From a virus, in IMG/VR virus record IMGVR_UViG_3300032180_000007, positions 1 to 64,000 of that record: a stretch of 64,000 nt of DNA; one strand, written 5' to 3'. Of the stretch, positions 8,454 through 16,245 are shown piece by piece. A program made the position numbers and the translations under genes. The notes under the pieces are model-generated. The model was not told where the DNA came from, did no database searches, and saw only the letters and a program-made list of their open reading frames with translations. Numbering within the stretch: position 1 is the stretch's first letter; the number at the start of each line of letters is the position of its first letter.

Positions 8454-8938
8454 ACCGATTCTGATTTGTTAAAGCGGCGTGTAGCTTCGTCAGCAACCGC
8501 CTTCAATCCCGCTTCACTCTCACCATTCACATTGTAAATCTCTAGACACTCGCGCCAATTCAACCCTGGTACTTCTATGTGAGGCTTATCGGGTTTGGTC
8601 CAGCGGAAGCCAGCCGACAGTCCTAGCCGTTCGGCTTCTTCGGCAATAATTCCCCAGACAGGATGAGGGTCAGGAAAAGGGTCCGTTGTATTCAGCAAAC
8701 AGAAATCTGCCGCGAGGCCATAGTTGTGAAATGATGCCCCGGCCTTAGCGTTTGTCACGCGCGGTCCTTTGCGACTCCTCCCCTGAGCATAAAGGACTGC
8801 TTGTTCTTGAAAGGTCCGCAGGCCCTGAACGATTCCAATGGTGTACCCTCGCGCGGCCACGGCATTGATCAGTTTTGGTAGCCGCTCTTGTAGGATTGGG
8901 TGCAGAGCCGTGAGCAGTTTCTCGCTTCGCTTATCCAT
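8450..8938 (-). CDS. peptidase M15-type endolysin
   Basis: SFHNYGLAADF and PHIEV zinc-ligand motifs. VanY/M15 fold size. Confidence 0.85.
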   Translation of the reverse strand: MDKRSEKLLTALHPILQERLPKLINAVAARGYTIGIVQGLRTFQEQAVLYAQGRSRKGPRVTNAKAGASFHNYGLAADFCLLNTTDPFPDPHPVWGIIAEEAERLGLSAGFRWTKPDKPHIEVPGLNWRECLEIYNVNGESEAGLKAVADEATRRFNKSESV

Positions 8939-8939
8939 C

Positions 8940-9437
8940 TTACCTCACCGCCAGCAGCTTCACCGATAGATTCGGCTTGCCGCTATTCGGAATCTCGAAC
9001 GTAGATCCAGCAGTAATCACCTCCGCATGCTGCCGGCCGTCAGGCAGCTTCACCCATACCGTAGCCTCCTGAGCCACCCGCTCATGATAGACCAATACGT
9101 ACTTTGGCCGACGCTTCCCCGCAGCCAAGTCAGCCGCGAGGACCTTGTTGGCCCTCTCCAGGTTGGAGATGCGTCCCTGAGCAGCCTCAACATCATCCCT
9201 GAACCGGATCATCTTGGTCTGTAGATGCTGCGTGCGCCGTTCACGAACTAGAGCATCAGCATCATCGCGTATCAGGACTTTCCGCAGAGTTTCGTTGGCG
9301 TAATCTCTGTCGTCGGCCAAGCCTTTACGCTCGACCGCGAGCACCAGAATCACCACGCATGCCGCACAGAATAACACACTGGAGATGATTAGAAGTCGGG
9401 TCAAATAGTGAATACGTTCATATGGATTGTCTGTCAT
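8940..9437 (-). CDS. N-terminal TM, coiled-coil protein (lysis accessory?)
   Basis: Hydrophobic LLIISSVLFCAACVVILVLAV followed by a charged helical region. Confidence 0.65.
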   Translation of the reverse strand: MTDNPYERIHYLTRLLIISSVLFCAACVVILVLAVERKGLADDRDYANETLRKVLIRDDADALVRERRTQHLQTKMIRFRDDVEAAQGRISNLERANKVLAADLAAGKRRPKYVLVYHERVAQEATVWVKLPDGRQHAEVITAGSTFEIPNSGKPNLSVKLLAVR

Positions 9438-9440
9438 GAT

Positions 9441-9926
9441 TTATCTCCCTCCAACAGCAACAGCGGCCAGGGCTCCTATCAGGAGGCCAACTACCAGCGC
9501 GCCAGTCCCGACGGTCTTGAGTAGTGAGTAGGCACGATCCCGCTCCTTGCGAACGCGCGCGAGGTCGTTCGTTAGAATCGCTTTCTGTGCCTTCAACTCT
9601 GCGACGATCAGACCATCCTTTCCTTGTACTTCCTGGTATTTCTTGATCGTCTCGTCAAGCAAGGTCCGTGTTGCTTTGTAGAGTGCGATCTGTTCATCCA
9701 GGAGAGTTCTCATTCCCCTTAAATCGGCATTCTGTGCTTTCAGTTCTGCGATCTGAGCGTCCTTAGCCGCAAGCTCGTTCATGGCCTGCAAGCACGCCCG
9801 ATAGAGTTGCTGTGCAGATATCGGCCTATCGGAGTCTGCCGGCTTCTGTGAGGCGCCGACGTAACTCGGCCTCGACAGCAACATCATCAAGAGCAGCAAT
9901 GCGGTCTGTCTCTTTACTGAACTCAC
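9441..9926 (-). CDS. signal-peptide / coiled-coil / C-terminal TM protein
   Basis: TALLLLMMLLSRPSYVGA signal, heptad-like core, GALVVGLLIGALAAVAV tail. Confidence 0.6.
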   Translation of the reverse strand: MSSVKRQTALLLLMMLLSRPSYVGASQKPADSDRPISAQQLYRACLQAMNELAAKDAQIAELKAQNADLRGMRTLLDEQIALYKATRTLLDETIKKYQEVQGKDGLIVAELKAQKAILTNDLARVRKERDRAYSLLKTVGTGALVVGLLIGALAAVAVGGR

Positions 9927-10272
9927 TGATTATTTCCTCAATCTTTTTGTCGCTTGCTTGAATGCGTATGCTTGCTTGGTTGATGAGTTGGTCCTTTGCC
10001 TCTATCTCAACCCGGAGTGCAACCGCAGCCTTTTTGTTGTCTTCGATCTGTTTGAGAAGAACCGCCTTCTCAGCTTCAGCGGTGGCGATTCTCTCATCAC
10101 TTGCCTTTATCCGCGCATCGGTTACAGCATCTTTTCTGTGGGCGATGAACTGTGTGACCTGGCTGTAGGTACCAAGGACGCCATTCATAGCGACGAGGCC
10201 GGTGATAACCAGGATGCCGAGCTTGAGCGGCAGGGAGAGAGCGCCGAACCAGGTTTTAGGAGTGTCTGTCAT
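9826..10272 (-). CDS. N-terminal TM coiled-coil protein (i-spanin-like topology)
   Basis: LKLGILVITGLVAMNGVL TM followed by a long charged helix. The 3' end overlaps the next ORF by 101 nt. Confidence 0.6.
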   Translation of the reverse strand: MTDTPKTWFGALSLPLKLGILVITGLVAMNGVLGTYSQVTQFIAHRKDAVTDARIKASDERIATAEAEKAVLLKQIEDNKKAAVALRVEIEAKDQLINQASIRIQASDKKIEEIISEFSKETDRIAALDDVAVEAELRRRLTEAGRLR

Positions 10273-10676
10273 GCCGGTTGCTGATCGGTTGGCTTATCGC
10301 TTTCTGCAAGTAACCTCAAAATAATATCGCCGTGGCATTTCGCACCTTCCTTGCACCAGCAAGCGATGTTTTTACCTCTTAAGTTTTCTAGCCATTTAGG
10401 ATTGAGCCTTGCTCTGGCTATTGCATATTCTTCAAATAGCTTAAGTGATTGTTCCAGGCTGGCAACTTGCTGATTACCAAAGTGAGGTGAATCACCGCGA
10501 GTCCACACGTTCCAATCCCCGCTAATATTCCTAAAATAAATGCCAACCTTGAACGGGTTTCCATACTTACCCGGCCTTGTTACGCACGCAACAGGCAAGC
10601 CATTGATGGCATGTGACTCATCCTGTAATCGAAACCCTTTTACGCGCTTTCGTTGGATTCTGCATGCCTTGCTCAT
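10269..10676 (-). CDS. DUF4326-family protein
   Basis: GKYGNPF and NIACWCKEGAKCHGDIIL signature motifs. Confidence 0.8.
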   Translation of the reverse strand: MSKACRIQRKRVKGFRLQDESHAINGLPVACVTRPGKYGNPFKVGIYFRNISGDWNVWTRGDSPHFGNQQVASLEQSLKLFEEYAIARARLNPKWLENLRGKNIACWCKEGAKCHGDIILRLLAESDKPTDQQPA

Positions 10677-10882
10677 TTCGTCGCCGCCTTCCAGCCCTCA
10701 CGTATACGCCCCATCAGGTTGACTTTGTTCCAGGCGCTAAAGGTGAACAGAATCAGAAACGCGCAGACCAGCAAGAGTACCTGCGGTCCCGACACTCGCA
10801 CTGGCCATAAGATCATCAGGGTTGCAACGAACGGTGCGGCCGATCTGATTGCGGCAAGAATCAACTGCCATCGTAATGACAT
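10673..10882 (-). CDS. small two-TM membrane protein (holin candidate)
   Basis: 69 aa with two hydrophobic spans and a basic C-terminus. GGAG RBS. Confidence 0.6.
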   Translation of the reverse strand: MSLRWQLILAAIRSAAPFVATLMILWPVRVSGPQVLLLVCAFLILFTFSAWNKVNLMGRIREGWKAATK

Positions 10883-10886
10883 AATA

Positions 10887-11144
10887 CTAATCTCCGTATC
10901 CGCCGGACCCTAAGTCGCGGCGAAAAGTCAAAGGCGTAACACCAGAGATTGAACCATCAGGGTAGATGATGGTGTCGGAACCAACATCCGACGGAGATAA
11001 GACCGCCACCGGCTTACCACCTTTTTCTATTTGTACAGTCATCCCATGAGCAACGCGGTCTATTACGTCACCCGGTGCTGACCGTAACTCCATCATTGTG
11101 ATCCTTGCTGTCTGACCTCTGAAATCTTTTAGTGGAAGTGGCAT
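10887..11144 (-). CDS. Phd/YefM-like antitoxin-fold protein
   Basis: [29 protein letters not shown] resembles the Phd/YefM N-domain. GGAGG RBS. Confidence 0.6.
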   Translation of the reverse strand: MPLPLKDFRGQTARITMMELRSAPGDVIDRVAHGMTVQIEKGGKPVAVLSPSDVGSDTIIYPDGSISGVTPLTFRRDLGSGGYGD

Positions 11145-11156
11145 TCAGTTACCTCC

Positions 11157-11189
11157 AAACAAACCGGGAGCGGTAGGAGCCGCCCCCGG
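11157..11189 (-). terminator. intrinsic terminator / attenuator
   Basis: On the minus strand, CCGGGGGCGG, a 6-nt loop, CCGCTCCCGG, then TTTGTTT. It sits directly upstream of the Phd-like RBS. Confidence 0.6.
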
Positions 11190-11240
11190 TGAGTATGACA
11201 AGGAAACCAACAGCATGATCAGTGCGGAGTATACCAAATC

Positions 11241-11495
11241 TCAGAGCCCCTTTGGGGATTTTCTAGGTGGTCCCGATGGTCGTTTCTTATATGGTGCGGG
11301 ACGTGGAACCACGCAATCAGGATCACCGCACGCATGTAGTTCAACTGGTTCTTCGACTAACATCCAATCGGTTGCATCGAAATCTTCTCTGGTAAAATAC
11401 GACTCCTGTAGCCCGCCTAACCAGGGGTAGTCGTAATACCGACCGGCTATCTTATCAAGATGTATTGCTATCCCCCGCCCCGGACGTGTGACCAC
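11241..11495 (-). CDS. hypothetical protein
   Basis: GTG start and a weak RBS. 84 aa. Confidence 0.45.
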   Translation of the reverse strand: MVTRPGRGIAIHLDKIAGRYYDYPWLGGLQESYFTREDFDATDWMLVEEPVELHACGDPDCVVPRPAPYKKRPSGPPRKSPKGL

Positions 11496-11983
11496 CGCAA
11501 GTCCTGAGTATTAAATGCCAGCTCATAACGTTGCCGATTCTCTGACCAATAAACTCCCACAGGATAGGCCAACGGGGAATGAATGATTCTGATTTCAGAT
11601 GTACCCCAACTGTACCAGGGCATCCACCCCCGCTCTGTAATGCGCGTCCACACGAAATCAAACATCTCCGTGGGTGTCAGCTTCGCATCCAGGTAATAAC
11701 CACATTCCCTACAGACGCGAATCACGAACGTTGTTAGAGGGCCGATGTGATAGTCCTTGTTCCGCTTCCGACCGTGAGCAAAGCACCATCCAGTGCCGTT
11801 ACAGACAGGCACGGGCGCTACGGGCTGAATCCGCGCCTCGCAGACATCCAACAATCCTTCTGAGCGGAACATTGCCTCTAGCGGTCCTCGCAGGCTACGC
11901 CAGAGTGCTGTCCGTTTGCCTGTCGGGTTCAGCGGACTTCGCTTCATCGGCTTTTTACTTCGTAGTAAATTAGTTCGTTTCAT
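11468..11983 (-). CDS. NinG/Rap- or HNH-like nuclease candidate (weak)
   Basis: Basic N-terminus KKPMKRSPL and Cys/His clusters. An alternative start at 11947 lies just after the 16-nt motif. Confidence 0.55.
   Translation of the reverse strand: MKRTNLLRSKKPMKRSPLNPTGKRTALWRSLRGPLEAMFRSEGLLDVCEARIQPVAPVPVCNGTGWCFAHGRKRNKDYHIGPLTTFVIRVCRECGYYLDAKLTPTEMFDFVWTRITERGWMPWYSWGTSEIRIIHSPLAYPVGVYWSENRQRYELAFNTQDLRWSHVRGGG
11954..11969 (-). repeat. junction motif copy TTTACTACGAAGTAAA
   Basis: Exact 16-mer on the minus strand, 6 nt upstream of ATG 11947. Confidence 0.8.
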
Positions 11984-12591
11984 TTCTTCTCTACGTCTAG
12001 GGGATGTACCATGACTTTCTGACCATTGAAGGTCACCAAATACAAATATTGATTATGACTCGCGGTTAAAATCGGTGGCTCGTACTCCTCACCGTAATAG
12101 CCACCTCTACAACCAGGTTCTCTAATGCCAGTCCGACGAGTAACAACCCTTTCAACTGGCAATGTATTAGACGCTGATAGATCGTGGAACCACATCGCGC
12201 GAACATTGGGAATTGTGCTTGTGTTGATTAGCGGTCGCACAATGCGATCATAGATTGAGCCCTTGATTTCCTTAAACGGGGCACCCAGCCCAAGTTCGAT
12301 AACTACTCTCCTAACATCCTCTATTGGGAGCTTGGTTCTGTCAGCAATGATTTCAAGACCTGCTTGATTCCATTCTTTCTTCGATACAGAATGTACGCCA
12401 ATCTCATAACCGATTCGGACAACAATCCGTGAGAACTCGATCCAGTCGCCCTGAGTGTGAATGGCCTTCGGCCCGGTTTGATTATCCCGCTCAGGCATTC
12501 GATACACGGGCGAAAAGACCGGGATTTTGCTCTCATTGCCAATCCAGGCGTCTAGTACGTCGTCTTCCGATAGGTCAAGCTCGATGTCCAT
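11980..12591 (-). CDS. hypothetical protein
   Basis: 203-aa ORF. ATGA coupling downstream. Confidence 0.7.
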   Translation of the reverse strand: MDIELDLSEDDVLDAWIGNESKIPVFSPVYRMPERDNQTGPKAIHTQGDWIEFSRIVVRIGYEIGVHSVSKKEWNQAGLEIIADRTKLPIEDVRRVVIELGLGAPFKEIKGSIYDRIVRPLINTSTIPNVRAMWFHDLSASNTLPVERVVTRRTGIREPGCRGGYYGEEYEPPILTASHNQYLYLVTFNGQKVMVHPLDVEKK

Positions 12592-12829
12592 ATTTATCTT
12601 CTTTCTCCGTCTCCTCTAACTGCTTACGGCGTTTCTCATTTCCACATGGTTTAGCAGGATCAATACACGTACCGCCAAACACACACATTGCCTCATAAGA
12701 AAACTTGACAGCGCTTACGATGCACCTGTTGCATACGTGGAACGTACCTACATGTTCTAAGTTGGGGTATGTGTCACAATGCCTTGCACCGCAAAGATCA
12801 CATCCAGAATGCCCACATCTATATTTCAT
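12575..12829 (-). CDS. Cys-rich hypothetical protein
   Basis: Start set at MKYRC, which follows AAGGAGG. Confidence 0.6.
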   Translation of the reverse strand: MKYRCGHSGCDLCGARHCDTYPNLEHVGTFHVCNRCIVSAVKFSYEAMCVFGGTCIDPAKPCGNEKRRKQLEETEKEDKYGHRA

Positions 12830-12957
12830 CTCGCTACCTCCTTGGCCAATCGCCTCTGGCACTCGGAGCACAGCACCCACCGGAGAGGCTGATCTTCCAA
12901 GCTCTCCGTGCCCCGCTCGCATTCAGGGCAGATGATGATGGGTTGCGATTTTTTCAT
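12826..12957 (-). CDS. zinc-ribbon micro-protein (43 aa)
   Basis: CPEC..CSEC. ATGA overlaps at both ends. Below the ORF-track cutoff. Confidence 0.5.
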   Translation of the reverse strand: MKKSQPIIICPECERGTESLEDQPLRWVLCSECQRRLAKEVAR

Positions 12958-13277
12958 CCTTGGATTCTCTGTAGCAGGTTATCCAGCGCCTCGCATGCAA
13001 TCAGTTTCTCATGGGCCGTTAAACGATCACCATCAACAATACAATCCCGTTCGCATTCTATTAATTCGCTAACTCGCTCCTCGTCCCGCCGCCGCTGTTC
13101 GCCCAACCGACGACTGCGAACCTCTTCAACCAGTCTGAGAAGATGATTCTTATACCAAGTATCACTGGCAATCTCTTCCCGTGAATATGCGACTGCCTCA
13201 ACATGGTCTAACTCTATATCGGTCAATCTTCCGGTGCCGTGGAAACTCAGTTCTTCGCGGGTCAATATTTTACTCAT
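12954..13277 (-). CDS. hypothetical protein
   Basis: 107-aa acidic helical ORF. Confidence 0.7.
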   Translation of the reverse strand: MSKILTREELSFHGTGRLTDIELDHVEAVAYSREEIASDTWYKNHLLRLVEEVRSRRLGEQRRRDEERVSELIECERDCIVDGDRLTAHEKLIACEALDNLLQRIQG

Positions 13278-13554
13278 CTTGTCTTACAACGACCTCCAAT
13301 ACGCTAAGGGCTCGCCGAATTAACGCCAATGTTTCCCGCCGCGGTCGCTCAGATGAGTAGTCAAGTAATGCCTGATGTAAAACATCTTCTATCACTCCAT
13401 CGGCCTTGCGCCGCTGGCGAAGCTCCTCAATGATTGATAGTACTGTCCCTATATTTATGGACATTGCGGTAAGCTCGCCCTGCTTCAGACCGACCCTAAT
13501 GCGGGCTTTGTACTCCAGCCGCGCCAGTTCTTCATCGCTGATTCTGTCACTCAT
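13270..13554 (-). CDS. hypothetical protein
   Basis: Start set at MSDRI, with ATGA coupling to the upstream stop. Confidence 0.6.
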   Translation of the reverse strand: MSDRISDEELARLEYKARIRVGLKQGELTAMSINIGTVLSIIEELRQRRKADGVIEDVLHQALLDYSSERPRRETLALIRRALSVLEVVVRQDE

Positions 13555-13952
13555 TTCGATTGCTCCCTCTGATATCGTCGCTCCCGAATCGCACTGGCGC
13601 GGCAGGGCCACACTCCGTGACCCCACTGGCACTTTTGCATAGACCACTCATTTACATCGAGCCGAGCGACATCATCGCCGCGCGCACAGCGCGGGCACGT
13701 CTCTTGAATGATCTGCTCTATCTCTGCTTCAAATTCATCGCGGGCAAGATAGTACCGGGCGATGATGAGCGCATCGGAAGGCATTACACCAAATGTCTCG
13801 ATTTCGTTATCAATCTCTACTTGCACCCATCGACGCGAGCCGACCCCAATCACCCGCCCATCTGGTTCATCATTCTCAGTCACGATATACCAATCGTCTC
13901 GTCCCCTGTGCTTATTTCTATTAAACACTTCTACTGCCTCTTGTAGAGTCAT
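13551..13952 (-). CDS. hypothetical protein, first gene of minus block
   Basis: 133-aa ORF facing a divergent intergenic region. Confidence 0.7.
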   Translation of the reverse strand: MTLQEAVEVFNRNKHRGRDDWYIVTENDEPDGRVIGVGSRRWVQVEIDNEIETFGVMPSDALIIARYYLARDEFEAEIEQIIQETCPRCARGDDVARLDVNEWSMQKCQWGHGVWPCRASAIRERRYQREQSK

Positions 13953-14073
13953 TCAGACTTTCTCCCTTTATCCGGTAACAACATCGTCATCATCATAGAA
14001 GGGGCATTGTCTCACGCTTGATTATACAATGCAAGCATTTTGTACTTGACTTTTGAAATTCTTTAGGACTAAG

Positions 14074-14277
14074 ATGGTGCCCGTGATGCAAAGCAGACAG
14101 AAACCATATACGCTCCGGCTTGATGAGCGCATCCTTAATGCGATGCGCAGGGAGGCCAAGCGAGAGCACCGGAGTCTTAACGAGCACGCGAATTATATCT
14201 TGCTGAATTATTATGGCTTGCTTGACGGGCAAAAACCAAAGACGGCCGGTAAGCGGTCGCGTTCTTCCTCCTCGTAA
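14074..14277 (+). CDS. ribbon-helix-helix (Arc/CopG-like) DNA-binding protein
   Basis: KPYTLRLDERILNAMRREAKREHRSLNEHANYIL is a typical RHH. The start is uncertain (14053, 14074 or 14086). TTGACT 14046-14051 and TAAGAT 14070-14075 lie upstream. Confidence 0.7.
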   Translation: MVPVMQSRQKPYTLRLDERILNAMRREAKREHRSLNEHANYILLNYYGLLDGQKPKTAGKRSRSSSS

Positions 14278-14340
14278 CTGAGAAGGCGGGGGCTCGCCTA
14301 GGGAGGTAGTCCCTGCCTAATTTTTCCTGAAAGGGAGATC

Positions 14341-14952
14341 ATGAGAATCACATCTGAGCAATTGACAAAGCATAGGCAGTGGTTGAACGCTGAGGAGGGT
14401 GGTCAGCGCCTGGTCTTGCGAGGCGCGGACCTCAGAGGCGCGGACCTCAGAGGCGCGGACCTCAGAGACGCGGACCTCAGAGACGCGGACCTCAGAGACG
14501 CGGACCTCAGAGGCGCGGACCTCAGAGACGCGGACCTCAGAGGCGCGGACCTCAGAGACGCGGACCTCAGAGGCGCGGTCCTCAGAGACGCGGACCTCAG
14601 AGGCGCGGACCTCAGAGACGCGGACCTCAGAGGCGCGGTCCTCAGCTACCCTGATGATGTGCCGCTAATCGAAAATTTGCATAGCAAGCTGCTGACCGCC
14701 GTTGGTGAGGCGGGCGAGCATCTTGCAATGGGTGCTTGGCATACGTGCAAGACCACTCATTGCCGCGCGGGTCACGCCATAAATCTGGCTGGCGATGCTG
14801 GATACAAATTGGAAGACGCGGTCGGCTCAGCAACCGCTGGTGCTCTCATATATCACCGCGCTTATCCCGACCAAAAAATCCCCAACTTCTATGCAGCCGA
14901 TAAGGTTGCCTTGGCCGACATCAGAGCCTGCGCGGAAAGAGAGGCCAAGTGA
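14341..14952 (+). CDS. pentapeptide-repeat protein with globular C-terminal domain
   Basis: 15 consecutive A(D/V)LR(G/D) pentapeptides. AAAGGGAG RBS. Confidence 0.9.
   Translation: MRITSEQLTKHRQWLNAEEGGQRLVLRGADLRGADLRGADLRDADLRDADLRDADLRGADLRDADLRGADLRDADLRGAVLRDADLRGADLRDADLRGAVLSYPDDVPLIENLHSKLLTAVGEAGEHLAMGAWHTCKTTHCRAGHAINLAGDAGYKLEDAVGSATAGALIYHRAYPDQKIPNFYAADKVALADIRACAEREAK
14422..14646 (+). repeat. 15 tandem copies of a 15-bp unit G(G/A)CGCGG(A/T)CCTCAGA
   Basis: Units differ at only two positions. 14521-14580 and 14581-14640 are identical 60-mers. Confidence 0.95.
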
Positions 14953-15161
14953 GAGACGCATCAGATATATCGATAGAGGCGCAGGAACGGGCCAACGAAA
15001 TCGCATTAGGCGACTCTGCGGATCATTCTTTCACTGGCTGGAGTGATGACCGCGACCTTGGCCCAAACTATAATGGAGATTTGTCGGTGGAGTATATGGA
15101 GCAATGCGATGCTGAAATTCAAACACCCGAAATTAGCGCGCGACTTGTATCTCCTGTGTGA
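14949..15161 (+). CDS. hypothetical acidic protein
   Basis: GTGA overlap with the pentapeptide gene stop. 70 aa. Confidence 0.5.
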   Translation: MRDASDISIEAQERANEIALGDSADHSFTGWSDDRDLGPNYNGDLSVEYMEQCDAEIQTPEISARLVSPV

Positions 15162-15189
15162 AAATCTTCGGTTGGAATAAAGTGGAACA

Positions 15190-15342
15190 ATGAAAGCGGG
15201 TGAGCGAATAACTGTTTGTGACGAATGCTTTGATGGTCTTCATTCACACTGTAACGGGCCGGGATGCTATTGTCCCTGCGGTCTTGATGAACAGCTACTA
15301 GATGAACAACTACTAGAAGAAGACGAATTTCTTGATCTTTGA
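15190..15342 (+). CDS. Cys-rich micro-protein (50 aa)
   Basis: CDEC..HSHCNGPGCYCPC. The 3' end (TTGATCTTTGA) coincides with the first TTGAT module border. Confidence 0.35.
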   Translation: MKAGERITVCDECFDGLHSHCNGPGCYCPCGLDEQLLDEQLLEEDEFLDL

Positions 15343-16239
15343 ATTTAAGTTCCAGCAACGTAGCGGCGTTGAAGGAAACGCGAGGCCGGTTGCGGGGCGG
15401 TCCATCGCTTTGGAGAAAATTATGGGATAGGACCGCATCCCAAGCCCTGAAATTCTTCTTAGTGCTGGTGGAGCCAGAATCAAGCCTGGCCTACGTTGCT
15501 GGTAAGTTCCAGCGTGCGGCGGCGTAAGTCGTACCATCGCACAGAGTGGGTAGCCGCAAACGAGACAAAGCGAGCGAAAGCTCAGCGTGAGGCCCACGAA
15601 AGGTCGAGACAAACACTGCCGTGCGTGCTCGGCCCGCACGCTGGATTGATCTTAGGTTATGCTGCCCGGTGGTGACCGCTCATAACTCCTCATCAGAGTG
15701 TGAGGCGTATGCAAATATGCGGCAGCATCCAAGTTCTAACGTGCGGCGCTTCCTATAGCTGGAGTAAGGACAGGGTTGATCTTTCCAGCAGGGACCGAGA
15801 ATCGCGAGCTTGGTCGCGCAGAGACCTGACCCGCACATTGGTTAAGTTCAGCGCGGGCGATAGCAGCTAGCCGGGTAGTCAAGCTGCCGATGTTGAGAGG
15901 TAACAACGAGCACGGCGAGCCGTGAGCAGTAAGCTGACACTCTCTGAATAAAGCCTGGCCTCGCGCTGGATTGAACCGGCAGCTTATGTGCATAGGTAAA
16001 GCGGGTGAAACCTACCACACCCGCTCAAGGCTGGGTGGTAGCCAGATCCTCGAAATAAGCTGCCGGTTGAATCTAATTCTTGTGAGGTGGATATGGGAAA
16101 TAAAACCGCTGGTGAATTACTCGCGGAAGCGCTTAATGAGAATCGGCCAGTTGATGCGGGTGCGTTGAAGCGCGCTATAGAAGAACAACTACACGGTCAG
16201 GCTGTGGTAACTATCCGTGAGTTGCCGGTTGAATCTGAT
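15337..16239 (+). repeat. non-coding array of diverged hairpin modules bounded by TTGAT (IS200/IS605-derived, or a structured RNA)
   Basis: Perfect long-range complements of 12, 12 and 14 bp. Shared sub-motifs recur between modules. There is no credible ORF. Confidence 0.55.
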
Positions 16240-16245
16240 CTTTGA
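16093..16245 (+). CDS. micro-ORF (50 aa), doubtful
   Basis: GAGGTGG sits 2 nt before the ATG. The C-terminus is encoded by the repeat GCCGGTTGAATCTGATCTTTGA. Confidence 0.25.
   Translation: MGNKTAGELLAEALNENRPVDAGALKRAIEEQLHGQAVVTIRELPVESDL

Noticed and set aside
14422-14646. Regular short direct repeats that could suggest a CRISPR array
   Set aside because: The units are contiguous 15-mers with no spacers. They lie in frame inside a pentapeptide-repeat ORF. No cas genes or leader are present.
15313-15993. Track ORFs 15313-15639 (-) and 15736-15993 (-) as genes filling the gap before tnpB
   Set aside because: The translations are Arg/Pro/Cys/Leu-rich with no motifs and no RBS. They run antisense through the hairpin modules. 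The region is better explained as non-coding structured sequence.
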